Below are positions 56,058 to 64,000 of a stretch of DNA of 64,000 bases, piece by piece. The stretch's first letter is position 1, and every line of letters starts with the position of its first letter. Below the pieces are notes generated by a model that was not told the DNA's origin, did no database searches, and saw only the letters and a list, made by a program, of their open reading frames with translations. Source of the DNA: Bryobacterales bacterium (GTDB lineage Bacteria > Acidobacteriota > Terriglobia > Bryobacterales > UBA6623); assembly GCA_028819255.1 (NCBI GenBank), contig JAPPMB010000164.1, positions 6,109 through 70,108 on the forward strand, in the 5' to 3' direction. The position numbers and the translations under genes were made by a program.

Positions 56058-56835
56058 GCCTGTTGCGCCGTCAGGCGGCGCGGCGTCCAAGGTCAAGCTC
56101 CGACTTGGGCCGACGCGCGGCCCCAGATCTCCATTGAGGCGCATGCGCAGCCGCCGAGGCGTGCGGAGCTGCACGAGGGTCGGAGAGTGGGGCGGCCTCT
56201 GTTCGGCCATCGACGCGACGGCCCGAGGGGACCCGAACCCCTCGGGCCGCCGGGCACGCTCGTTCACGCAGGATTCGAGGAATCCTCTTCGGCGCCCTCG
56301 ATTCTGGCCCGGAATCGAGCCGTATCCGCATCGCGGCGCTTCTGCCGGCGAGGTACGGTGCTGTCCAAGCCCAGGACGCCGTTCGGGCCGGACGCTTCAG
56401 GGTTGAGCATCCGACCCTCCACAATGTCGGATTCGAGTAGTCGATCGACGGAGACGATGATCGTGATGCCTCGCCTTCCGTGCCCTTCCGCAAGGTCGGC
56501 GACAACTGGCGCCAGCTCTCCCTCTCGTGCGGGTGGGCGGCGAACGGGTCTTCCGCAAGCGGGAGGGCCTTGACTACACAGCGCCCCACGGCTTCGCTGG
56601 CAGCATCGTCAGCCTGGAGTCCGGCGCGGAGTGCGAGTGCCGACTGGCGCTGAGCGACCCCGACAGCGCATTTGGCGAAGCTCGACCGATCGTCCGTGTC
56701 ACGACGAGGTCCGAGCCGCAGCCCTGAGAAGGCGGGAGCGTCGGGCACGTCCATCCCCCCTGTCACGAGGGCGAGAGGCTGGAGCCCCACTTCACCGGCC
56801 TGTGCTGAAACGACCGGCTCAACTACGCGGATCCG

Positions 56836-57250
56836 ATGGCGACGCCGTTCGATGGGACGCACTGGCTGACGATCGAGGCCCCTCCCGAAAGGCCGATTAC
56901 GATTCGGGCCGTGTTCGACGGCGCAGGCAACCACCGGCTGTTCGACGTCACCGCCTCCCCGCATCATGCCTTCGACGCGCTCACGTTCCGCAACGCGTAC
57001 ATTGCGATCTCCGCCGGGTTCAAGAACGTCAACGGGGCCAGCGGGCTGACCGCCGGGAACTGCGGCTTCGAAGACACCGGCTTCGGAGTCTGGACGGAGT
57101 ACGAGGGATTCAGCGACTTCTGCATCGACGACACCGCACTTCTGTCTCGGACCACGTCATTGCCCACAACGCCGTCGCCTACACCGGAAGAGCTGGTTGG
57201 CACACTCGTCCCATCCCGTGCCACACGCAGCCTGGCTCCAGTGGCATTTC
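56836..57250 (+). pseudogene. fragment of a right-handed beta-helix-like protein (relic)
   Basis: PITIRAVFDGAGNHRLFDVTASPHHAFDALTFRNAYIAISAGFKNVNGASGLTAGNCGFEDTGFGVW. The plausible continuation (VSDHVIAHNAVAY) is in another frame. No convincing N- or C-terminus. Confidence 0.3.
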
Positions 57251-57456
57251 GAAACCTGCGTCAGTGAGGGTTCCGACTCAAGGCAAGGGGCCAAGTTCAT
57301 CCACGATCATCGTCAATCCCCATAGCTTGGCATCAGCCTCCCTGCCGCCCGCGAGTGATGATCTGCGCCTTACGGGAACAAACCCGGCGAAGAGGTCTGA
57401 ATCCAAAGCCGGCCGCCAAGCTTCGCGACTCAGCGCGACGCATTGCTCGCCAGCAC

Positions 57457-57762
57457 TCAAGTGATCCAGTTGTTCAGACTGAGTCCGCTCTCCGCCGCCG
57501 AACGGGCCACACGTTGATGCAGGTCCGGGCCGAGCCGAACATTGAGCTTGCCCGAGTTGGGCTTCCTCGGTTCCACGCCATCCTCTCGGCAAGACTCCAG
57601 GTACTCGTCAATGGATCGGTGGAACTCACTCCGAATCCCCTCTACGTCTGTCGCCTCAAAGGTGGCGATCGGATACGGACCGCTGTTTACGACCCTTCCG
57701 TGAAGACGGCCCACAGACTCGTCGAACTCGACGTTGGCGGCGTATCTCTTGTACTTCATCAT
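57457..57762 (-). CDS. hicB: HicB-family antitoxin
   Basis: MMKYKRYAANVEFDESVGRLHGRVV...IDEYLESCREDGVEPRKPNSGKLNVRLGPDLHQRVARSAAESGLSLNNWI (HicB N-domain plus RHH-like tail). The rest of the 248-aa track ORF is unsupported. Confidence 0.8.
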   Translation of the reverse strand: MMKYKRYAANVEFDESVGRLHGRVVNSGPYPIATFEATDVEGIRSEFHRSIDEYLESCREDGVEPRKPNSGKLNVRLGPDLHQRVARSAAESGLSLNNWIT

Positions 57763-57910
57763 GGGTTGACTCCTATCGATTCTAGGAAAGCGGCCATGTC
57801 GCGCACCGTCGCTCGGCCGCTCTGCGTCTCCGGGTGTGGACGATGGATCGCCGTCGCCGCCGGCTATCCCGCCCCACGCTGAATTCTCCCGCCCCGGGGG
57901 CGATCGGCGG

Positions 57911-58840
57911 TCAGGCGAGATGTTGACTCCGCGCGAGGATTCCCTCAACGGCCCAGCCCGGATCAGGGTCGCCGGCCATTGCCTTACGGACGTCGGGACT
58001 GGGCGGCCCAGCCGTGCCCCATCGGTCGACCTGTTCCGGCACCCGTCTCCACACCGCGGGTTCGTGCGCTGCTTCGTCTTCGATGTACTCCATGTCGCTG
58101 GAGAACTCGGACACGTAACCGGCCGGGTCCTTGAAATAGCAGAAGATGTTGTTGCCGGGGCCATGTCGTCCCGGGCCCCAGACGGGTTCCTGCCCGCGGG
58201 CACGAAGGTTGGCGAGACCTCTCATCACGCCGTCCACGTTGGCCATCACGTACGCGACATGGTTGACCGATGCGTGATCCGCACGATTGAAGGCGATGAC
58301 GTGATGTTTCCGGTCGCATCGCAGGAACGCCATCTGGTTCTCAATCCAGTCCGAGACACGGAACCCAAGAATATCGGTGTAGAACTCCACGATCGGATCG
58401 AACTGCGCAGTGTTCAGGACTACGTGGCAGAGCCGGCGGGGCTCGACTCTCTGGGCAGACCAGCCGTTCGAGTGTTCGGCCACGCCGGCCGACAGTTCGA
58501 TGCAGCGGTTCTCCGGGTCCAGAAACCGCAGCCCGTATCCGCCGCCGGGTTCGTCCAGTTCGTCGGGCTGCGCCACGATGGTGGTTCCGCGGCGTTTGAG
58601 TTCGGTTGCCGCCGCGTCGACTGCTTCGCCTCTGTCGACGCTGAAGGCCAAATGGTGGAGCCCGCGCCGGTCGGCCGGATGCAGGCTGAGAATGTGGTGC
58701 TCCGTCGACGATCCGCGGAAATACCGTGCGTGCCGGTCTTCTCCGGCCGCTTGGAGTCCCCAGGCCTCGCGATAGAACCTGCCCTGGGCTCCAATCGCGG
58801 ACGACAGCAACCCCACGTGGCGAATGTCCTGAACCTTCAT
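57911..58840 (-). CDS. extradiol ring-cleavage dioxygenase (VOC/glyoxalase superfamily, catechol 2,3-dioxygenase-like)
   Basis: Two VOC modules (IRHVGLLSS...HHLAFSV; LCHVVLNT...NHVAYVM). CYFKDPAGYVSEF. Confidence 0.85.
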   Translation of the reverse strand: MKVQDIRHVGLLSSAIGAQGRFYREAWGLQAAGEDRHARYFRGSSTEHHILSLHPADRRGLHHLAFSVDRGEAVDAAATELKRRGTTIVAQPDELDEPGGGYGLRFLDPENRCIELSAGVAEHSNGWSAQRVEPRRLCHVVLNTAQFDPIVEFYTDILGFRVSDWIENQMAFLRCDRKHHVIAFNRADHASVNHVAYVMANVDGVMRGLANLRARGQEPVWGPGRHGPGNNIFCYFKDPAGYVSEFSSDMEYIEDEAAHEPAVWRRVPEQVDRWGTAGPPSPDVRKAMAGDPDPGWAVEGILARSQHLA

Positions 58841-59027
58841 TTCAGCGGCTCTCCCGCCGTTGATTCTACGTGCTCGGTATTCGCGACGCGCGGCGGACTC
58901 ACCGCCATTCCGGTCCCCGTCCTTTTCTTCGGCAGGAAGCTCTGGAGTTCGCGGGGAGCTCTCGGGCCAGCCTGTATGCGGGAATCTCCCCCATGAGCCC
59001 GGCTCGATCGGTGTGCGCGGCCCTGCG

Positions 59028-59807
59028 TCAGAGGATGTCCCTCCGGGTCAGATCGATCCTCAAGTCCCGCCGGATATAGATTTCGACGAACTCACGGAGC
59101 CACACCTGCCGCGCAAGCGTGAACCGCTCGATCAGTTTCTGCTCGGGTCTGCCCGTCAGGTAGACGATCCGCCACCGGTTGAGAGGTCGCAAGTCGTCGC
59201 CGTCAACCGAGTGCTCAACGTGAAAGAGCGGCTGTCCCCCGCCGGCCCGAAGCACGTTTCCATCCCGACCGAGGAGTTCCGCTGCCCCAATGAACGTGGC
59301 ACTCTGCCGCGCGGGGTTGAGGAAGACCTGCTCTAGGACCAACCCGCGCTCTGACGGTTCAAGCCAGAGGCGCTGCAGGGAGCATCGCACGAAGGATTCG
59401 GCTCCGTTGGCCGCCGCCCTCCTGCACCAATGGTGGGCGCTGCCCTGCAATACGACGGAAGGAATATAGAGGTCGGGCCGGTAGGCCTTTCTCACCTCCA
59501 TGTCCCACAGCATGGTCCGGGTGAACGTTAGCTGCTTGTTCGTGCGGTAGTAGCTGGCGAGCACCAGGTTGATGTCAACCGGGGGCAGTTCGACCCGGGT
59601 GTTGCGTCGGTCGGTCCAGGCTCGCTCGAACTCTTCTTCGTGATTCAGTGCAGCGACCGGCTTCGTCACCTTGACCTTGCCGCGCGCGCGCGCGTCTTCC
59701 CCTTCGCCGGATTCCTCGAAGCCGGACGCGTCCTGCCGGTGGAATTGATTCGGTTGCTGGCCAGAACCGCTCGCCGCCTTTCCCGAGTACCACCGTTCGC
59801 GTCTCAC
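59028..59807 (-). CDS. hypothetical protein
   Basis: GTG 59807 is preceded by GGGAGGAAA (59812-59820, minus strand) at 4-nt spacing. 259-aa coding-like ORF. No family recognised. Confidence 0.6.
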   Translation of the reverse strand: MRRERWYSGKAASGSGQQPNQFHRQDASGFEESGEGEDARARGKVKVTKPVAALNHEEEFERAWTDRRNTRVELPPVDINLVLASYYRTNKQLTFTRTMLWDMEVRKAYRPDLYIPSVVLQGSAHHWCRRAAANGAESFVRCSLQRLWLEPSERGLVLEQVFLNPARQSATFIGAAELLGRDGNVLRAGGGQPLFHVEHSVDGDDLRPLNRWRIVYLTGRPEQKLIERFTLARQVWLREFVEIYIRRDLRIDLTRRDIL

Positions 59808-60122
59808 GATGTTTCCTCCCGCTAGTCGCGGCCTCGCCGCCGCGAACAAGCGTTCGTGCTTGCCCGGGATGGCCAGTCAGGCGGAACCCGACGTCCCGTG
59901 TGCGTCGCGCATCGCCGCCGCCAGCCTGCCGGAGCCCTTCTCTCATCGCGGCCGAGGCCCCCTGCGATTGAACGAAATGACGGAGCGGCGATCCCGCCGC
60001 CCGGCGACGCCGCTGTTCGGAACCATCGTGCACCGAATCCGTAGCCGTAGGTGCGGGGATGCCGCATGGCCGGATTCACGTCCGCCTGGCCCGCATCCGG
60101 CGCCCCAGTCCGCGGCTGTGCA

Positions 60123-61559
60123 TCACGCCGCCGAAAACGCCTGCAGAGCAGGGACCACGACCATGCTCAGCGTGATCACGACGATCGACGTCAGAACGGT
60201 GACGACCAAGCCAACCCGGAACATCGTCCCGAAGCCAACGGCGCCGAACGCGAATGTGGCGGCCGACGCCGGGCTGGACCAGGGAAACGCCACCGCCTGG
60301 GCCGTTCCCGCGATGATGCGGGCGAGAATCGCGGGGTTGTAGCCGAGAGATTGCGCGATCGGGAAGAGAATCGTGGAGACCATGATCGAGGTCGCTGCTC
60401 CGCTGGCCAACTGCGTCAGCAGCGGCGTGGCCACGCCTGCGACCCAAGGCAACGCCCCCGCGGAGACGTTGCCCGTCAGCGTTCCGGCAAGCCAGTCGAT
60501 CGCGCCCAGAGTGGTCAGCACGTCGGCCAGTGCCATCCCGCCGAGGACAAGGAACAGCACGTTCCATCCGACGCCTTCCCGGAAGTCTCGGGAGTCCAAG
60601 GTCATTTCGCCGCGATTCGGGTTCACCGGCAGGGCGAAGAGCAGCACCATGGCCACCGGTGGCACGTACCAGATATCGAGAAACCCGATCTCGGCGACCG
60701 TCGGCAACATCCACAGCACCAGCATCAGAATCAGCACGAAAAGGACGTTCCATTCGCCTCGGCTCATCGGCCCCAGCTGCCTCCGCTCCTTGAGAAATCG
60801 GACGCGGGCATTGGAGATGGCCTGCACTTCTGGAGGCAGCATGAGCTTCAGGATCAGGTAGCAGACAGGAAAGTGGGCCGCCGCCAGGATGACGCCGGTC
60901 GACACCCACTGCGCGAAGCTGACGCTGTATTCCGTGAGCTGTTCCAGCTGCGCGAGGGTCAGCGCATTGAAGACGATGCCTGCCGGGGTGGCCAGGCCTC
61001 CCGCCGCAGCGCCGTACAGAACGGCCAGGCTCGCCGCCGCTGACATGCGCGTCGCGCCGGGCGCCACGGAACGGGTGAGCGACAGCACGATCGGCGTCAT
61101 CATCACGATGACCGCGAGGTCACTGAGCACAGAGGACATCACGGCGGACACGACGAGGATCGCGAAGATCAAGCCGTCGCCGGATCGCGCCAGACCGGGC
61201 ACACACAAGGCGGCGAGCGCGATTCTTCGCGCCAAACCGTGCTTTTTGAACGCGTGGCCGAAGAGCATCACGCCCATCAGGTAGGGCAGGATCGCGCGCC
61301 CGTAGCTGGCGGACACGTCGGACAAGGGCATCGCCCCGCCGAGCGGAAGGACCACGCACGGCAGGAAGCTGGTGACCGCCCACGGCACCGGCGTGGTCAC
61401 CCACCATGCCACGGTCCAGGCGTACACCCCGAGGGCGAGGTGCGCCTCCGGCGCAAGACCGGCCCACGGCGCGGCGCGGACCAGGACGAACGCCGCTGGC
61501 CCGGCCAGCACGGCCAGCACGTGGGCGCGCCAGCCGGTCGAGGACTCAGCCGCTCCCAC
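60123..61559 (-). CDS. SLC13/DASS-type anion permease (ArsB/NhaD superfamily)
   Basis: 478-aa polytopic ORF. TTPVPWAVTSFLPCVVLPLGG and FPWSSPASAATFAFG resemble the two hairpin SNT-type motifs of DASS carriers. Confidence 0.8.
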   Translation of the reverse strand: MGAAESSTGWRAHVLAVLAGPAAFVLVRAAPWAGLAPEAHLALGVYAWTVAWWVTTPVPWAVTSFLPCVVLPLGGAMPLSDVSASYGRAILPYLMGVMLFGHAFKKHGLARRIALAALCVPGLARSGDGLIFAILVVSAVMSSVLSDLAVIVMMTPIVLSLTRSVAPGATRMSAAASLAVLYGAAAGGLATPAGIVFNALTLAQLEQLTEYSVSFAQWVSTGVILAAAHFPVCYLILKLMLPPEVQAISNARVRFLKERRQLGPMSRGEWNVLFVLILMLVLWMLPTVAEIGFLDIWYVPPVAMVLLFALPVNPNRGEMTLDSRDFREGVGWNVLFLVLGGMALADVLTTLGAIDWLAGTLTGNVSAGALPWVAGVATPLLTQLASGAATSIMVSTILFPIAQSLGYNPAILARIIAGTAQAVAFPWSSPASAATFAFGAVGFGTMFRVGLVVTVLTSIVVITLSMVVVPALQAFSAA

Positions 61560-63306
61560 GGCGCTTCTCCGGGAGTTCCACGCGGACGGTCACGATATCC
61601 AGGTCGTGGAACTGCTGGTGGCGGACGGAAGACGCGATGTGGCGCAGCAGCCGAAGCGAAACCTCCCGCTCCACCAGCACGTCGTCGGGCGTGTCGGCAA
61701 GCAGTCCGATCCGGTTCTGAAGGTTCTCCTCACCGGAGGCGGCAACAAACTCGAGGACGGCTCCGCCGGCTTCCTTGCGCGCCGTCAGCAGCAGCCGACG
61801 CCGCTCCCGCTTCTCGCCGTCCTCAACCTGGCCGATCAGCGTCAATAGCGTCTCCTCGCCGGCGGCGTCGAGGCGGTCGATCATCTCCTGTCCCCAGCCG
61901 CCACGGGAGGCGAACGCACCCAGAAACTCCCGGATTCTCGGAAGCACGGAAGAATCGAGTTCCGCTTCGATCCGACTGCGGCGCGGTGCCGTCACTTCCA
62001 GAAACATGGTCATGAGGATGGCCACGATGCCGCCCGCCGTTATCCCGTTCCGCAGAAGGCCGCCCGCGAGTTCCTCGAGTAGCTCGGGGAACAGCAGGTC
62101 GTTCTGGCAGCCGACGCCGACCCAGAATGCGACACCGCAGATCAGCGCCTTGCGATGATCGATGCCGCTCTGCACGACCTCTGTCATGCCGCGCACGAAG
62201 CTCATTGCCAGCACCACGGTCAGGTAGGCAACGACGACCGGGCTGGGTATCGCCAGGATCAGGGCAACGACTTTGGGCAGGAACGCCAGCACGATCAGCA
62301 CCCCGCCGGCGGCAATGCCCACGCCGCGTGCCGCAACCCCCGTCAGCTCGACCGTCGGGACGCTGACCGCGATGGTCTGTGTGGGCATGATCGCCGTGAG
62401 GCCCGACAGCAGCTTGCCGATGCCGTCCGCTGTAACCGCACCCTCCACTGCCCGGTAGTCCACTGCCCGGGGCCGGCGCCACGACACGCGCTGGATGGTG
62501 ACTGCGGCGGCGATTGTCTGGATGGCGCCAATCATCGCCACGAATACGAAGGCCGGAAGGAGCTCCACGAAGGCCGGACCTAGGTCGAGCCCGATCCCCG
62601 GCCAGTCGCCCTGGGGCAGCCCGATCCAGGGAGCCTGGGCTATCAGGTCCAGGTTGTAAAGACCCAGCGACCCTCCAATTGCCGAACCTGCAACAACCCC
62701 GACGAGCGGAGCCCACAATCGCAGGGTCGCCCCTGCCTTGAGGGAGATGGCGCTAATGACCATGACGGTCGCCACTGCAGTGAGCGGTGTGGTCAGGGCC
62801 GTCTCGTCGGGCAGGTCTGCCAGGCGGCTGAACACGACCGGCAGCACGGTCGCCGGTACCAGCATGTTCACCGTGCCGACGATGGTCGGTGTCAAAAGCC
62901 GCCTGAACAGGGCAAGCCGCATCGAGATCACGATCGGGACGAGCGACGACGCGACAACCAGGGTGGCAAGCAGGGACGGACCGCCCTCGCTGAGCGCACT
63001 GACGCAGACCCCGATATAGGCTCCGGCGGGACCCATGAATAGCACGTATCCCGCTCCCACCCGAACCAGCCGAATTGCTTGCAGCGCGGTGCAGATGCCA
63101 CTGACGGCGACTGCGGCGAACACGGCCCAGTGCAGGTACGAGTCGGTGCCGCCTGCGACCCGGATGACGATCGTCGGGATCAGGATGATGCTGGAAATGC
63201 CGAGAACCACGAGCTGCAGGCCGCAACCCAGGACCACGGCCGCCGGAGGATTTGCGTCAGGTTCGTAGCGAACGATGGGAGTGCGTTGCTCGCGGCCGTT
63301 GCTCAA
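61546..63306 (-). CDS. NCS2 (xanthine/uracil/vitamin C) family permease with ~150-aa cytoplasmic C-terminal extension
   Basis: TTG 63306. About 435 aa of NCS2-like TM core (LQLVVLGISSIILIPTIV..., GIGKLLSGLTAIMPTQT), then a soluble tail. Its 3' end overlaps the SLC13 start by 14 nt. Confidence 0.8.
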   Translation of the reverse strand: MSNGREQRTPIVRYEPDANPPAAVVLGCGLQLVVLGISSIILIPTIVIRVAGGTDSYLHWAVFAAVAVSGICTALQAIRLVRVGAGYVLFMGPAGAYIGVCVSALSEGGPSLLATLVVASSLVPIVISMRLALFRRLLTPTIVGTVNMLVPATVLPVVFSRLADLPDETALTTPLTAVATVMVISAISLKAGATLRLWAPLVGVVAGSAIGGSLGLYNLDLIAQAPWIGLPQGDWPGIGLDLGPAFVELLPAFVFVAMIGAIQTIAAAVTIQRVSWRRPRAVDYRAVEGAVTADGIGKLLSGLTAIMPTQTIAVSVPTVELTGVAARGVGIAAGGVLIVLAFLPKVVALILAIPSPVVVAYLTVVLAMSFVRGMTEVVQSGIDHRKALICGVAFWVGVGCQNDLLFPELLEELAGGLLRNGITAGGIVAILMTMFLEVTAPRRSRIEAELDSSVLPRIREFLGAFASRGGWGQEMIDRLDAAGEETLLTLIGQVEDGEKRERRRLLLTARKEAGGAVLEFVAASGEENLQNRIGLLADTPDDVLVEREVSLRLLRHIASSVRHQQFHDLDIVTVRVELPEKRRGSG

Positions 63307-63322
63307 GAGCCCCCCCGGCTAT

Positions 63323-63373
63323 CCCACGCAATCCCGGTGGATCCTCACGCCGAGAGGTATCCGGATTCGTGGG
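63323..63373 (-). promoter_or_regulatory. extended imperfect hairpin / inverted repeat in the 5' leader of the NCS2 permease gene
   Basis: Minus-strand RNA CCCACG-AAUCCGG-AU-A-CCUC [UCGGCGU] GAGG-AU-CC-ACCG-GGAUU-G-CGUGGG. About 19 bp can pair. It ends 16 nt upstream of the TTG start and has no U-tract. Confidence 0.35.
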
Positions 63374-63568
63374 TGGAGGGATGCATGTCCCGGGAACGAC
63401 CCGCCAGCCTTTCGGGCGCGGCCACGTGCGAGTTCCTGCATGCTTCCGCTTCCGAGGTCAAGGAGGAACACTCACTCCTTGGCGGCCTTGCGGTCGACAT
63501 ACTCCGTCCGCCACGGTTCCTTGGGTAATCCCCCGAGGATCCGATCTGCGCAGCGGCACGCAATGCAC

Positions 63569-63868
63569 TTAGCCTGGGCGTCCCGTCAACCAGTTCCATG
63601 CGCGGATTTGGGATTCGGCGATGATGCCCGCCTTGGCATACGGACTGTCGGCGACAAACGCCCGTGCGCCCTCGGGCGAGGGAGCTTCGAGCACAAGTAG
63701 CAATCCGTTGATAGTGTTGTCACTCTCGTCAAGCGTCGGTCCGCCGTGATGGACGGTCACGTCAGGATGATGGGTGGAATCGTGAACGTAGTTGGTAAAT
63801 GCTTCTGACAGGCGCGACCGTTCCTGTCCCATTTCTTGTTTGTGAGTCATGAATACCACGAAATGCAT
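63569..63868 (-). CDS. YciI family protein
   Basis: ATG 63868 is preceded by AAAGGAGAA. MHFVVFMTHK...GLLLVLEAPSPEGARAFVADSPYAKAGI is typical of YciI-like proteins. Confidence 0.8.
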   Translation of the reverse strand: MHFVVFMTHKQEMGQERSRLSEAFTNYVHDSTHHPDVTVHHGGPTLDESDNTINGLLLVLEAPSPEGARAFVADSPYAKAGIIAESQIRAWNWLTGRPG

Positions 63869-64000
63869 GTGAAATTCTCCTTTGGTCCGAGCGTAACCAA
63901 TTCGGAAGCCGGGGCGCAAGAGGTCGGCTGAGCCGATCTTGGGAGTCCCGAGGAGGCGGGCATCTGGCGGTCTCGCACAGGCCGCTCTGGCCCGACCCGG

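Noticed and set aside
56263-56608. Minus-strand frame reading ..ELAPVVADLAEGHGRRGITIIVSVDRLLESDIVEGRML..
   Set aside because: x
60051-61043. 330-aa plus-strand ORF opposite the SLC13 permease gene.
   Set aside because: It has a highly charged, non-membrane, motif-free composition. The minus-strand product is a coherent polytopic transporter.
63463-63570. Cys-rich mini-frame downstream of the yciI-like gene (..AKCIACRCADRILGGLPKEPWRTEYVDRKAAKE-TGA, minus strand).
   Set aside because: It spans about 36 codons with no ATG/GTG/TTG start after the preceding in-frame stop. It is possibly a relic and cannot be supported as a gene.

Overview
This is a high-GC chromosomal segment. It is probably from an Acidobacteriota genome (Solibacter/Bryobacter-like). 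That placement is inferred from a Soli_cterm-type protease tail, CRTAC1/ASPIC-UnbV plus TPR genes, and a relic of an acidobacterial-type TonB receptor. I found no rRNA, tRNA or CRISPR array. Core content: the elongasome cluster mreB-mreC-mreD-[IS3 orfA relic]-mrdA-rodA is followed by an RNase E/G gene with a ~290-aa basic disordered insertion inside its S1 domain. Other core genes are ribF, pepA, a chlorite-dismutase/HemQ-like gene, a di-haem peroxidase cluster, SLC13 and NCS2 transporters, and glycan-scavenging enzymes (sulfatase, GH33 sialidase, GH29 fucosidase). Accessory content: a compositionally distinct McrBC-type restriction islet lies at 27.7-31.0 kb, and its McrB carries a long unassigned N-terminal sensor region. 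There is also VapBC, an orphan HicB, and a TatT/DctP pair with no permease. The window has an unusual density of decayed genes: IS3 and ISKra4-like relics, a TIM-barrel isomerase, an AAA-ATPase/PDDEXK_9 gene, a sulfatase, a TonB receptor, a beta-helix protein and HicA. Five of these carry an in-frame TAA/TAG codon. All family assignments come from motif recognition by eye, and no database search was run. Start codons were chosen by signal peptide, RBS or neighbour spacing and are less certain than stops. Most remaining six-frame ORFs are antisense or out-of-frame artefacts of high GC.
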